64,000 nucleotides of DNA, taken from positions 333,813-397,812 of the forward strand of contig CAVUWV010000036.1 in NCBI GenBank assembly GCA_963745075.1, in the 5' to 3' direction. A program made the position numbers and the translations under genes. The notes under the pieces are model-generated. The model made no database searches. It had not been told where the DNA came from and worked only from the letters and a program-made list of their open reading frames with translations. This DNA is from Candidatus Hydrogenedentota bacterium. GTDB taxonomy: Bacteria > Hydrogenedentota > Hydrogenedentia > Hydrogenedentales > SLHB01. Below are positions 11,115 through 22,557 of this stretch, piece after piece; the stretch's first letter is position 1; each line of letters begins with the position of its first letter.

Positions 11115-11963
11115 TTACAATCTCCCCATTTTGCCGGACTGGTAATCGAGCATGGCTTGTTGTATTTCAGCCTGACTGTTCATAACGAAAGGACCCTGTG
11201 CCACTATAGGCTCATTGAAAGGGGTACCATAACCAAAAAGAAGCATTGAATCCTCTTTTGCAATGATTTCAATTTGCTCTTCGTCAGAATCAAACTCAAC
11301 CAGGTTGTGGGTATCTGCTTCCTTCCCGTTCACTTCAACAAGGCCATTTACTAGATACAACAATATATTTTTGTCTTTGGGGACTGCGGCCTTGTAATTT
11401 GCGCCATTTTTCATTTCCAGCCTGCAAATAGAAATATCTGTGACTGGTTCAACCGGTCCTTTTACATTATTAAAAGTACCGGATACTACATGAAGCTTTA
11501 CCTTGCCTTTGTCGGTTTCAGCAACCGGGATTTTCTCCTTCTGTAACCCGGTATAAGCCGGATCCGTCATCTTTAAAGATGCAGGCAGGTTCAGCCACAA
11601 CTGGATAATTTCCAGTCTGCCCCCATTTGCAAGAAAATCTTTGGAAGAGACTTCAGTATGCACCAATCCGCGACCTGCTGTCATCCACTGAATTCCTCCT
11701 TCATTGATGATACTTTCATAGCCGCCTGAATCTTTGTGCATCAGATCGCCGTCCAGTATAAAGGTCAGTGTTTCAAATCCGCGATGCGGATGGGGACCGA
11801 ATGGCAACCCGTTGTTGTTCTTTCCATAATCCTGCGGACCATGATGGTTCAGGAACAAAAACGGATCAACGTGATCAATGGTATGCGTTGGCATGGCCCG
11901 GTAAGTGGTCAGATCGCCTATCGGATCACTTATTGCCCGATGTATATTTTTAATCGTTCTCAT
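11115..11963 (-). CDS. Pirin family protein
   Basis: DPFLFLNH, HPHRGFETLT, QWMTAGRGLVHTE, QLWLNLP, GPFVMN. Confidence 0.93.
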   Translation of the reverse strand: MRTIKNIHRAISDPIGDLTTYRAMPTHTIDHVDPFLFLNHHGPQDYGKNNNGLPFGPHPHRGFETLTFILDGDLMHKDSGGYESIINEGGIQWMTAGRGLVHTEVSSKDFLANGGRLEIIQLWLNLPASLKMTDPAYTGLQKEKIPVAETDKGKVKLHVVSGTFNNVKGPVEPVTDISICRLEMKNGANYKAAVPKDKNILLYLVNGLVEVNGKEADTHNLVEFDSDEEQIEIIAKEDSMLLFGYGTPFNEPIVAQGPFVMNSQAEIQQAMLDYQSGKMGRL

Positions 11964-12084
11964 AACTATTCTCCTTTCTGAGGAAAACAGACAAGAAAGT
12001 CTTTTGTTTCAATATTAACTATTATTATGACAATCAATGCAATATAAAACCATCTTTCGCACTAATTCAGGGAATTACTACTTA

Positions 12085-12415
12085 ATAATTCCGCACCTAC
12101 GGAGCTGCTGTATGATATTTTTTGTTGATTTTCTACCATAATGTCGTCACTACGTGTCTTGTAGTGCTTATTGTTTTTCGTCATGGTTTGAGCGGGGTAA
12201 CATTCTCAAACCTTCAAATCTTCAAACAACCAACGTCGCTTGAAACCATTTGGAACAATCTGAAACAACCTGAATCCTTGCCTTTGGCATGTGCGGGGGC
12301 ATGGTGAGGGCAAGAATCACGAGCGGCATTGCGCGACGGAATTGTGGGAGCGAGTAATTACAACCGAACAATCAACTGATTTACTACTGAATAAACAACT
12401 GAGTTATCGAATGAA
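12085..12415. repeat. Mosaic intergenic repeat island (reverse orientation)
   Basis: Contains the inverse of the 17788-17851 element, 10-bp AAAC-rich repeats, an ATCCTTGCC..GGCAAGAAT hairpin and ~12-bp repeats. Confidence 0.65.
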
Positions 12416-12457
12416 CCATTCCCTGGATACCCCGGGTAAACCACTCAATCCTTCCCG

Positions 12458-13547
<1,090 letters not shown>

Positions 13548-13773
13548 TTATAAATGGCTGTCGAATTATATTCCAGATTTAAAAATTTAGAACTTAAATA
13601 TTAAATTACAAAGTTCTCATAGCTAGCAATCCAACCCGCTGCCCCTTGGTCCCCTAAAGGGGTCAGCCCGCGATTTTAACCGAAATTTCAATCAAAAACG
13701 GAGCGAAGGCCCCTTTAGGCTATAGGGGGCGTGCGAAGGAAAATAATTTTATTAATATAATCTGAAATTCATA

Positions 13774-14292
13774 TTATTTAATTACTTTATAATACAACTG
13801 CACCAAACCGCTTGAAAACACTTTGAAATCAGTTAATTTAAGATTCGTGCGCTTATCAAAATCATTAAACAATGGCTTTCCTTTGCCCAGCAACAAAGGA
13901 TGAACCGATATCATCATTTCATCAATCAGGTTACATGCCAGGAAAGAAGCAGCCAGTTTTGCCCCACCAAAAAGCCACAAATCCTTTCCGGGTGCCGAAA
14001 GAATTTCATGCATGTCCTGATCGGGTGCTGCTTTCATCAGTTCATAGCCTTTCTCCACATTCTTTAAGCTGGTTGAAAAAACAATCTTCCTTTTATCGGC
14101 AAAAGCGTTGGGAAGGTCCCGGATCAGTTGTTCATAGCTTATTCTTCCCAACAGGATTGTGTCAATCCCTTCCAGAAAAGAGGTCATCGAATAATCCTGG
14201 TCTGTGAAACACCAGTCGATGGCTCCGTTTTCGCCCTCAATAAAAAAATCAAGACTGGTACAGAGGCTGAGTACTATCTTTCTGTGATTCAT
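13774..14292 (-). CDS. Dihydrofolate reductase / RibD C-terminal family protein
   Basis: SLDFFI, LLGRISYE, LWLFGGAKLA, IDEMMISVHPLLLGKGKPLF. Confidence 0.88.
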   Translation of the reverse strand: MNHRKIVLSLCTSLDFFIEGENGAIDWCFTDQDYSMTSFLEGIDTILLGRISYEQLIRDLPNAFADKRKIVFSTSLKNVEKGYELMKAAPDQDMHEILSAPGKDLWLFGGAKLAASFLACNLIDEMMISVHPLLLGKGKPLFNDFDKRTNLKLTDFKVFSSGLVQLYYKVIK

Positions 14293-14304
14293 ATTTATAT
14301 TTAT

Positions 14305-15135
14305 CTAAATCATCTCTTTCTCAAATAACTCTATCATCTCACCCGCAATACTGTAATCCCCGGGATGTGGCGGCAAATTTCCCCGCTCATACCAGGCCAG
14401 TTCGGCAATCTCCTCCGGATCGGGAACCAGTTCCTGTGTTTCATCTGCTTCTGCGATATAAGCTACCATCAATGAACCTGAGTAAGGCCAGGGCTGACTT
14501 TTGTAGTACCGCAGATTGCGAATACTGATTCCTGTCTCTTCCTTTACTTCACGAATGACAGTCTGCTCCAGTGATTCACCAACTTCAACATAACCGGCAA
14601 TGACGGAATAAAATTTACCCCGGAATTTGGTATTCTGTGCAAGTAAAATCTTATTACCCGAAGTAATGGCCACGATGACGGCAGGCGATACATTGGGATA
14701 GACAACTTTTCCGCATGAGGGACAAACAATTTCCCTGACATCTTTTTTCAAGACGGTTTTCGTTCCGCAATGCCCGCAATATTGATTAGAGATGTACCAC
14801 GTCATAAGCTGATAGCCCAGCACACCCATCCAGGAAACCTCTCCGTTTTTTAACAAGCGGAGGTCAAAGATTTTTTTATAAATGAAGTTTTCTTTGTCAT
14901 CAGGAAAATCAAACAGCAAAAAGAAGTGACTCCCATTCAGTGCAAACAGATAAATTGCTTGATTGGTATCTGGCAGAGGGCTGAAGTCTTTTTTACGGGG
15001 AATCGATAACTCCTCCCCCTCCTGTTTTAGCAAGATCTGATCATCCTTATAACAAAGCAGGTAATCATTGTCCTGTACCTCCTGCACCATCTGAAACTGA
15101 TTGTCAAACGTACCCTGCAAAATTTCGTGTAACAT
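14305..15135 (-). CDS. nudC: NAD(H) diphosphatase NudC
   Basis: Zn ribbon CGHCG...CPSC, Nudix box GYVEVGESLEQTVIREVKEETG, SQPWP motif. Likely start MLHEIL. Confidence 0.92.
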   Translation of the reverse strand: MLHEILQGTFDNQFQMVQEVQDNDYLLCYKDDQILLKQEGEELSIPRKKDFSPLPDTNQAIYLFALNGSHFFLLFDFPDDKENFIYKKIFDLRLLKNGEVSWMGVLGYQLMTWYISNQYCGHCGTKTVLKKDVREIVCPSCGKVVYPNVSPAVIVAITSGNKILLAQNTKFRGKFYSVIAGYVEVGESLEQTVIREVKEETGISIRNLRYYKSQPWPYSGSLMVAYIAEADETQELVPDPEEIAELAWYERGNLPPHPGDYSIAGEMIELFEKEMI

Positions 15136-15351
15136 AAGAATTGGTATTAATCTGTTAAGAAAATAAACATTTCTGAAAGCTGAATGTTTGCAACAACTTT
15201 TCAGGAAAAAGTCAAAATCCATTCAAAAATACCGGTTTAAAAATTAAATCCTGCTGTGTTAACCGGCATTTTTAAGGCATTCGCCGATTTCTGCTTCCCC
15301 AAAACATCCGTCAGTGTTATTTTTATATCACAAATTGAAAATTACATTATC

Positions 15352-16842
15352 ATGAATAAAAAGATCACTATTATCGGGGGAGGTATCGCCGGTTTATCAA
15401 CCGGAATCTACGGACAGATAAACGGCTATCATACTGAAATAATTGAGATGCATAAACGGCCTGGCGGGCAGTGTACCACCTGGGAGCGGAAGGGATTTCG
15501 TTTTGACTATTGCCTGCACTGGCTGGTAGGTACTAAAAACGGCATGTATAAAGACATGTGGAAGGATACAAATGTACTGAATAATGACACCAAAATAATT
15601 GATCATGAAATATTCGGCCAAATGATCAATGAGAAAGAAGAAGAATTTACCATTTACACCAACATTGATCGCTGGGAGCAATACCTGTTGGAAATGGCTC
15701 CTGAAGACAAAAAAGCAATCAGAAGAATGTGCAGGCACATGCGAAAAGGAAGGAGTTTCGCTCCTTTCATCCCTGTGCGTACAATGAAAGATGCTGCAAA
15801 CAATGTATCTACCTTTTTCAGTATGTTACCAGTTTTTCTGTTGTTTGTCCGTTTTGGCAAAAAAGACTGTGCTGCCTATTTCAAAAAACTTGGCTTCAAA
15901 AACCCGAAGCTAACCTGGTTTCTGCACAACACCTATGGCAAACTCAATTTCGCAGCTATTGCTTTTATACTGATGCTGGGGTGGTTCGACCAGAAAAATG
16001 CCGGTTACATAATTGGTGGTTCCCAGGCGTTGATTGACCGCATGAAAGACCGGTATCTGACATTAGGAGGCAAGCTTACCACCGGTAAGAGAGTAAAAAG
16101 GATTATGGTTGAAAATAATACAGCAAAAGGAGTTGAACTTGCTGATGGCACTATGGTACATAGTGATTATGTTATCAGTGCTGCGGATGGCCACTCTACA
16201 ATTTTTAATATGCTGGGAGGTAAATATATTTCCAAACAACATCGTGATGCCTATCAGAACTGGGAACTCTTCACTCCCATTGTACAGGTGTCTTTCGGTA
16301 TGGATGCAGTGGTCAATCAGGATGCCCCGGCTGCCATGTACCTGACAGAAAACAAGATGATCGGATCCACAAAACTAAAATCAGGGTATACCATTATGAA
16401 TTATGCATTTGACCCGACGATGGCTCCAAAAGGAAAATCGGTGATTGTACTGCGATTTGAAAGTCCGTGGGAAATCTGGGAGCATATGGATGAAAACACC
16501 TACAAAGAAGAGAAAGAAAAGATCAGGAAAGAAGCACTGTCAATTTTAGAATATCATTACCCTGTTGTTACGGGCAAAATAATGGTGACTGATATTGCCA
16601 CGCCTCGCACCGGGGTGAGATATACAGGAGTATGGAAAGCATCTTACGAAGGATTTATGCCTTCAAAGGAAAACATAACCAAAACACTAAAAAACACCCT
16701 ACCCGGACTGGATAATTTCTATCTGGCCGGTCAGTGGTTGTATCCGGGAGGCGGATTACCCCCTTCAGCTGATTCGGGACGAAAAGCCATCCGGCAGATT
16801 TGTAAAAAAGAGAAGAAGCCGTTTTTACATTACAGCAGATAA
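15352..16842 (+). CDS. Phytoene-desaturase-like FAD-dependent oxidoreductase
   Basis: IIGGGIAGLS, EMHKRPGGQC, GFRFD, FYLAGQWLYPGGGLP. Likely start MNKKITII at 15352. Confidence 0.85.
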   Translation: MNKKITIIGGGIAGLSTGIYGQINGYHTEIIEMHKRPGGQCTTWERKGFRFDYCLHWLVGTKNGMYKDMWKDTNVLNNDTKIIDHEIFGQMINEKEEEFTIYTNIDRWEQYLLEMAPEDKKAIRRMCRHMRKGRSFAPFIPVRTMKDAANNVSTFFSMLPVFLLFVRFGKKDCAAYFKKLGFKNPKLTWFLHNTYGKLNFAAIAFILMLGWFDQKNAGYIIGGSQALIDRMKDRYLTLGGKLTTGKRVKRIMVENNTAKGVELADGTMVHSDYVISAADGHSTIFNMLGGKYISKQHRDAYQNWELFTPIVQVSFGMDAVVNQDAPAAMYLTENKMIGSTKLKSGYTIMNYAFDPTMAPKGKSVIVLRFESPWEIWEHMDENTYKEEKEKIRKEALSILEYHYPVVTGKIMVTDIATPRTGVRYTGVWKASYEGFMPSKENITKTLKNTLPGLDNFYLAGQWLYPGGGLPPSADSGRKAIRQICKKEKKPFLHYSR

Positions 16843-16845
16843 CTT

Positions 16846-17319
16846 TTAATCTTCTGAAATATCACATATCTCAGCATCCGAGGCCTTTATCAGGTCAGCG
16901 GGTGCTATTTTTAACTGAAGTCCGCGGATACCTGCACTTACATAAATCTTTTCATAATTCCGGCAGGTTTCATGAATATAAGTGGGATACTTTTTCTTCA
17001 TCCCAACAGGCGAACAACCTCCCCGTATATAGCCTGTAAGCCCCAGAATCTCTTTCATCTGTACCATGGCTGCTTTCTTGTTGCCGGAAACTTTGGCAGC
17101 TTTCTTAAGATCAACCTCAGTATTCCCGGGAATGATGGCAACAAACACGCCTGTTTTATCGCCTCGCAGCACCAGCGTCTTGAAAACCTCTTCAACCGGC
17201 TCCCCCACTTTGGCAGCGACAGTCTGAGCGCTCAGGTCATTTTCATCTACTTCATAAGGTACCAGCTCATAAGGTATGCCCTGTTTGTCGAGTAACCGGG
17301 CAGTGTTGGTTTTTTGCAT
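16846..17319 (-). CDS. ybaK: Cys-tRNA(Pro) deacylase
   Basis: KTNTARLLD, VFKTLV, TGYIRGGCSPVGMKK, VSAGIRGLQ. Confidence 0.92.
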   Translation of the reverse strand: MQKTNTARLLDKQGIPYELVPYEVDENDLSAQTVAAKVGEPVEEVFKTLVLRGDKTGVFVAIIPGNTEVDLKKAAKVSGNKKAAMVQMKEILGLTGYIRGGCSPVGMKKKYPTYIHETCRNYEKIYVSAGIRGLQLKIAPADLIKASDAEICDISED

Positions 17320-17855
17320 TTTTTCGGTTGTTTATCAGTTGTATATTCAATTGATTATTCAGTAGAGACTCGGTTGTGATTCGATTGTTTCATGAGTTCC
17401 ATGTTGTTTAAATGGAAAACGCAAAGCTCCTCTGTCACCTTGTTACTTTGTTACCTTGTCACAGCCCATGTTACTCACTCCCGCATGGCCAGGCCACAAC
17501 CCGTTCGTGATCCTTGCCTTCACCAGGCCCTCGCTCCTGCCAAAGGCAAGGATTCAGTTGTTTATAAGTTAGATGGTTCAAGCATCCGCTTGGACCCCTT
17601 ATTTTTATTCTGTCGTTTTTATTGTTCCATTAGTTTCATATGGTTTCAAGTTGTTTCAAATAGTTTCAGGCGTTTCAATTTGCCAGCTCTACCGCGAGTC
17701 TCCACCATGGCGCAAGTATTTACTTGTGCCCCGGATTATCAGTTTCAGTTTACACGCTCTTACTTTACTAAAAAATGATAAAAGTTCCAAGTCACGTAGA
17801 GACGACATTATGCTAAAACATTCATAAAATAACATATATAGTAGCTCCGTAAAGC
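17320..17855. repeat. Mosaic intergenic repeat island
   Basis: In order: ~12-bp ATTCRGTTGTTT repeats, 8-bp TTGTYACY repeats, the 85-bp composite element at 17470-17554, 10-bp GTTTCAAGTT repeats, and a GGCGCAAGTATTTACTTGTGCC hairpin (also near 20044). Confidence 0.75.
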
Positions 17856-17981
17856 ATTATTCATTTATTTCCTATAGATACAGGTATTTCAAATAATTTC
17901 AGTTTTTTAAATATACACATTCTCTAAAATCAGTATTTCAAATTTACATATGTAATCAATAAATAAAACCTTAATTATTTA

Positions 17982-17989
17982 TAACTTTG
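17982..17989 (+). promoter_or_regulatory. Bacteroidota -7 promoter element TAACTTTG for the DUF433/DUF5615 pair
   Basis: Matches TAnnTTTG, 15 nt upstream of ATG 18005. Confidence 0.55.
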
Positions 17990-18004
17990 ATAAAAGCTTA
18001 AATT

Positions 18005-18238
18005 ATGAATCCATTACTAAAGCGCATAACAACCGACCCAGAAATCTGTCATGGCAAACCCTGCATACGGGGAATGAGATGGCCGGTTGAAGTTATTATT
18101 GATATGCTTGGTTCGGGAATGACTACAGAACAAATACTTGAAGATCACCCGGAGCTTGAAAAGGATGATATTCTTGCAAGCCTTAACTTCGCCAGGTTAT
18201 ATCTTTCCGGATATTCAATAACCGATGTAGAATCATGA
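18005..18238 (+). CDS. DUF433 putative antitoxin
   Basis: RITTDPEICHGKPCIRGMRWPV...ILEDHPELEKDDILASL. Confidence 0.9.
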   Translation: MNPLLKRITTDPEICHGKPCIRGMRWPVEVIIDMLGSGMTTEQILEDHPELEKDDILASLNFARLYLSGYSITDVES

Positions 18239-18594
18239 AATTTCTTTGTGATGTACATATACCCATAAAACTTGCAAATCATTTAAAATCTTTGGGTTTC
18301 GAAGCTCTTCATGTAAATAATATATTGGAAGGATCAAAAACAAAGGATAATGATATAAGTAATTTTGCAGATGAACAAGACTTTATTGTTATTACCAAGG
18401 ATTCTGATTTCCGTGATTCATATTTTATCAAACAAACTCCTAAAAAACTCATTAAAATAAACCTGGGGAATGTTTCTAACAACGAATTGAAAGATATTAT
18501 TATTAATCATTTAAATATTCTAAGAAGATTATATCCTCAGTCACACTTCTTATTAGAGATCAACAAAGATGATCCACATCTTTTAATCAAGTAA
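18235..18594 (+). CDS. DUF5615 PIN-like putative toxin
   Basis: MKFLCDVHIP...IVITKDSDF; ATGA overlap with DUF433. Confidence 0.88.
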   Translation: MKFLCDVHIPIKLANHLKSLGFEALHVNNILEGSKTKDNDISNFADEQDFIVITKDSDFRDSYFIKQTPKKLIKINLGNVSNNELKDIIINHLNILRRLYPQSHFLLEINKDDPHLLIK

Positions 18595-18675
18595 TGACAA
18601 TTCCTAAAAGAATTATTTGCCTGAAAATCGAGAATCCTCGAAATTGTATACTCAACAAAGTTGAGAATAATTTCG

Positions 18676-18990
18676 GGACCCACACGAGGCCTTCGCTCAA
18701 TCCTAAGGCAAGGATTATCTCCACTCCCACAAGCTTAGCCACCAGCCGGAGGGTACTCCCTCACACATGCCGGGCCACGGGCTGGAGGGTACTCCCTCAC
18801 ACGAGCCTGGCCACAGCCTGGTCGTGAGCTTTGTCACCCACAATCCGCCCACAAACCTGACAAAGGTTCGTGAGCTTGACCCGCGCAAAGCCTGCCCTGC
18901 TAGCCAAAGGTCAAGGTTCGTGATCCATGTTCCGATTTTATCAAATCTTTGATTCTACCAGGCCCTTGCTCAAATCCAGAGGCAAGGATT
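18676..18990. repeat. Chained hairpin island between two convergent TA modules
   Basis: Tandem TACTCCCTCACAC..GGCCAC units followed by CGTGAGCTTTGTCA..TGACAAAGGTT and CGTGAGCTTGACC..GGTCAAGGTT hairpins. A similar chain occurs at 33858-34026. Confidence 0.7.
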
Positions 18991-19542
18991 TAAATTGTTT
19001 CTTTTTCTTTCAATCCGAGTTTGGGTTTATTTAACTTCTTAATTGATTCTCTAATCTTGTCCCTTGTCTCTGATTGAAGGAAAGTGGGTATCAAAATATT
19101 TAAACTGATCCCTAAAATCCGATGAATAATTACCAAATCTTTTAATGTGAACTGAGATACACCATTTATCAGTTCACTCATATACGATTTTGGATGACCT
19201 AAGATTAATCCCAGGTCTTGTTGGGTCATATCATAATCCTTTAAGTTTTTTTCTAATAGTATCCTTTCGTTTACTGATAAATTTTTGTTCATAATTCACA
19301 ATCTCCTCTGCTTTATCAGATTCCTCTATTTGTGAATCAGTGATTTTATCAAAATCAGACCATTCTCTATCCTCGTAGTCTTTAATCAAATCACGAAGTT
19401 TCTTACGTATGGGTTTTAAATCCGGATTCTCATCAATCATTAATCGTAACTTGCGCTCTAGTAATGATGCCTTTTTCAAATCATACTCATTTTCTAACCT
19501 TTCAATTTTCGCAACCTCTTTTATGTCAAAAATTTCTTTCAT
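18990..19542 (-). CDS. HigA-like HTH antitoxin, split by a +1 frameshift near 19238-19242
   Basis: Two overlapping ORFs join as IRKKLKDYDMTQQDLGLILGHPKSYMSELING (XRE HTH); directly downstream of the HigB-like gene. Confidence 0.75.
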
Positions 19543-19553
19543 GATTACACATT

Positions 19554-19895
19554 TTAAATCCAGTTATTATCTCTCAACCATTTTTTAATTACATTACGAT
19601 TGTTTTTAAAGGTCAGTTCGTAATCATCATGACTCCCGGCCCAAACAATCGTTGCTTCTCCGTTTTCTTCTAATTCAATCATTATTAAAGTTCGATGTAT
19701 ATTGATATTGAAGAAATAAAACTCTCCACCATAAACACAATCAGCATCAGGACGTTTTTCGGTTAAATCATGAGGCGTTTCCCAATTGCTATCCTCAATA
19801 TCAGCAATCAACTGTTGGACAGCTTTCAATAATTTTGAGTTTCCTCTGTTTTTCCGAATAAGTTTACCCAAAATGTGTTTATTTATGATTCTCAA
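19554..19895 (-). CDS. HigB-like toxin
   Basis: W-x-TPHDL, PDADCV, FFNI, WAGSHDDY pattern; TATATTTG promoter element at 19922-19929 (minus). Confidence 0.75.
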   Translation of the reverse strand: MRIINKHILGKLIRKNRGNSKLLKAVQQLIADIEDSNWETPHDLTEKRPDADCVYGGEFYFFNINIHRTLIMIELEENGEATIVWAGSHDDYELTFKNNRNVIKKWLRDNNWI

Positions 19896-20327
19896 ATCAT
19901 TTTTGTTTTTTTATTCTACAGCAAATATAATAAAATAGTTCTGAAATAATCAGAACAAACATTCTTTTATTTACCGCCCCTTAATTGCTCCCTCTGTTGC
20001 GGAAATGCTGTTCGTACCTACCACCTGTGACATCCCCCACCATGGCGCAAGTATTTACTTGTGCCCCCAGATTATCATTATTCAACCAATCAAGCCCTGC
20101 TTTGTCACTTTATTACTTTGTTACCTTGTCACTGCCCATGTTACTCGCTCCCACAGGCCAAGTCATCAGCTGCTTGTGATCCTTACCCACACCAGACCCC
20201 TACACAATCCAAAGGCAAGGATTGTCACTTTGTCACCTTGTCACCTTGTCACCTAATTTCAAACATTGATCTTTTTGTTTTGTTATTTACATGTATAAAG
20301 TAACTACCTTAAAAATACATATTAATC

Positions 20328-21308
<981 letters not shown>

Positions 21309-21368
21309 AAAACTGGATATCATTCTTTATCAACTCTTAAGATTAATAAGAAAACTTTCAAAAAACAC

Positions 21369-21527
21369 ATGAAAAAAAAGAGTTATATTCCTCAATCTAA
21401 ACAGATTTCAAAAAAACTATATGAGGCCCTTCAGAAATTAATCCTGCAGGCTCCTACCTGGTCAGATAAGGAATATAATAGCTATAATAAAGTCAGAAAA
21501 AATATAAATAAATCCAGAATCGCATAA
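21369..21527 (+). CDS. Small hypothetical protein (52 aa), possibly an orphan antitoxin-like peptide
   Basis: Manual translation MKKKSYIPQSKQISKKLYEALQKLILQAPTWSDKEYNSYNKVRKNINKSRIA; fills an AT-rich gap. Confidence 0.4.
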   Translation: MKKKSYIPQSKQISKKLYEALQKLILQAPTWSDKEYNSYNKVRKNINKSRIA

Positions 21528-21581
21528 TCTCATATTGTCCATCATTCAAGCCATGTTTTAAATAATTTCAACTATTTGTTT

Positions 21582-22412
21582 ATGTCTGAAATAACCGGAA
21601 AAACAATACTGATCACAGGAGCAACTGACGGGTTGGGCAAGCTGGTGGCCACTCACCTGGCGCAGGCAGGAGCAACCGTTTTGATGCACGGGAGAAATCC
21701 TGAGAAAGGCAAAAGGGTGTTGCAGGAAATCCGGGATAAAACCGGAAACCCGCACCTGGAATATTTCAACGCTGATTTTGCTTCCCTTTCGGAAGTAAGT
21801 CAATTGGCCAAAGAAGTTACCTCCACTTATAATCAACTGGATATTCTGATCAACAACGCCGGTATTGGTGGTGGACCGAAAGCCAATCAGCAACGCGATT
21901 TGAGTGTTGACAGCCATGAACTGCGATTTGCAGTAAATTACCTGGCCACCTACCTGTTGACAAAAAAGTTACTGCCCGCCATAAACCACGATAGTGGCAG
22001 GATCATTAATGTAGCATCCATAGGACAGGAAACGATTGATTTTAACGATGTAATGCTTGAAAAAAGTTATGATGCTTTTCATGCCTACCGGCAGAGCAAG
22101 CTGGCCATGATCATGTTCACTTTCGACCTCGCTGAGGAACTGAAAGATACCGGAATTACGGTCAACACCCTTCACCCGGCTACACTGATGAACACCAATA
22201 TGGTGAAGGAATTTTTCGGCCGTACCATGAGCACGATAGAAGAAGGAGCGGAAGCACTGGAATACCTTACCGTTTCTCCTGAATTGCAGAGTACCACAGG
22301 AGTATACTTCAACCAAAAAAAGCCAGACAGAGCGCTTGGACAGGCTTATGACAAAGAGGCAAGAGACAGATTAAAAGCTTTATCAGAAGAGTTAACAGGA
22401 GGATTTATGTAA
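21582..22412 (+). CDS. SDR family oxidoreductase
   Basis: ITGATDGLG, LINNAG, YRQSK (YxxxK). Confidence 0.93.
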   Translation: MSEITGKTILITGATDGLGKLVATHLAQAGATVLMHGRNPEKGKRVLQEIRDKTGNPHLEYFNADFASLSEVSQLAKEVTSTYNQLDILINNAGIGGGPKANQQRDLSVDSHELRFAVNYLATYLLTKKLLPAINHDSGRIINVASIGQETIDFNDVMLEKSYDAFHAYRQSKLAMIMFTFDLAEELKDTGITVNTLHPATLMNTNMVKEFFGRTMSTIEEGAEALEYLTVSPELQSTTGVYFNQKKPDRALGQAYDKEARDRLKALSEELTGGFM

Positions 22413-22557
22413 TTATGAAAAAAGCAGCGCAGCTTATACAAAAATGCTGCCATGCTTTTATTAAAAAGATGCTGTGCTTTTTTAAAATGCAGCGCAGCTT
22501 TTTTTGTCGCGCTTAGGATATAAGTTTTTTCCGGGATTGAAATCAAAAAATTACAAT

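Noticed and set aside
17392..17827. Short ORFs in repeat islands (also 10658-11249, 18594-18952, 19985-20303, 23466-23753, 32065-32334, 33749-34343, 47693-48060)
   Set aside because: They are translations of repeat modules; the same peptide MARPQPVRDPCLHQALAP recurs wherever the repeat does.
18676..18990. Integron attC cassette array around the TA genes
   Set aside because: No consistent RYYYAAC/GTTRRRY boxes and no integrase; the hairpins also occur away from cassette-like genes.
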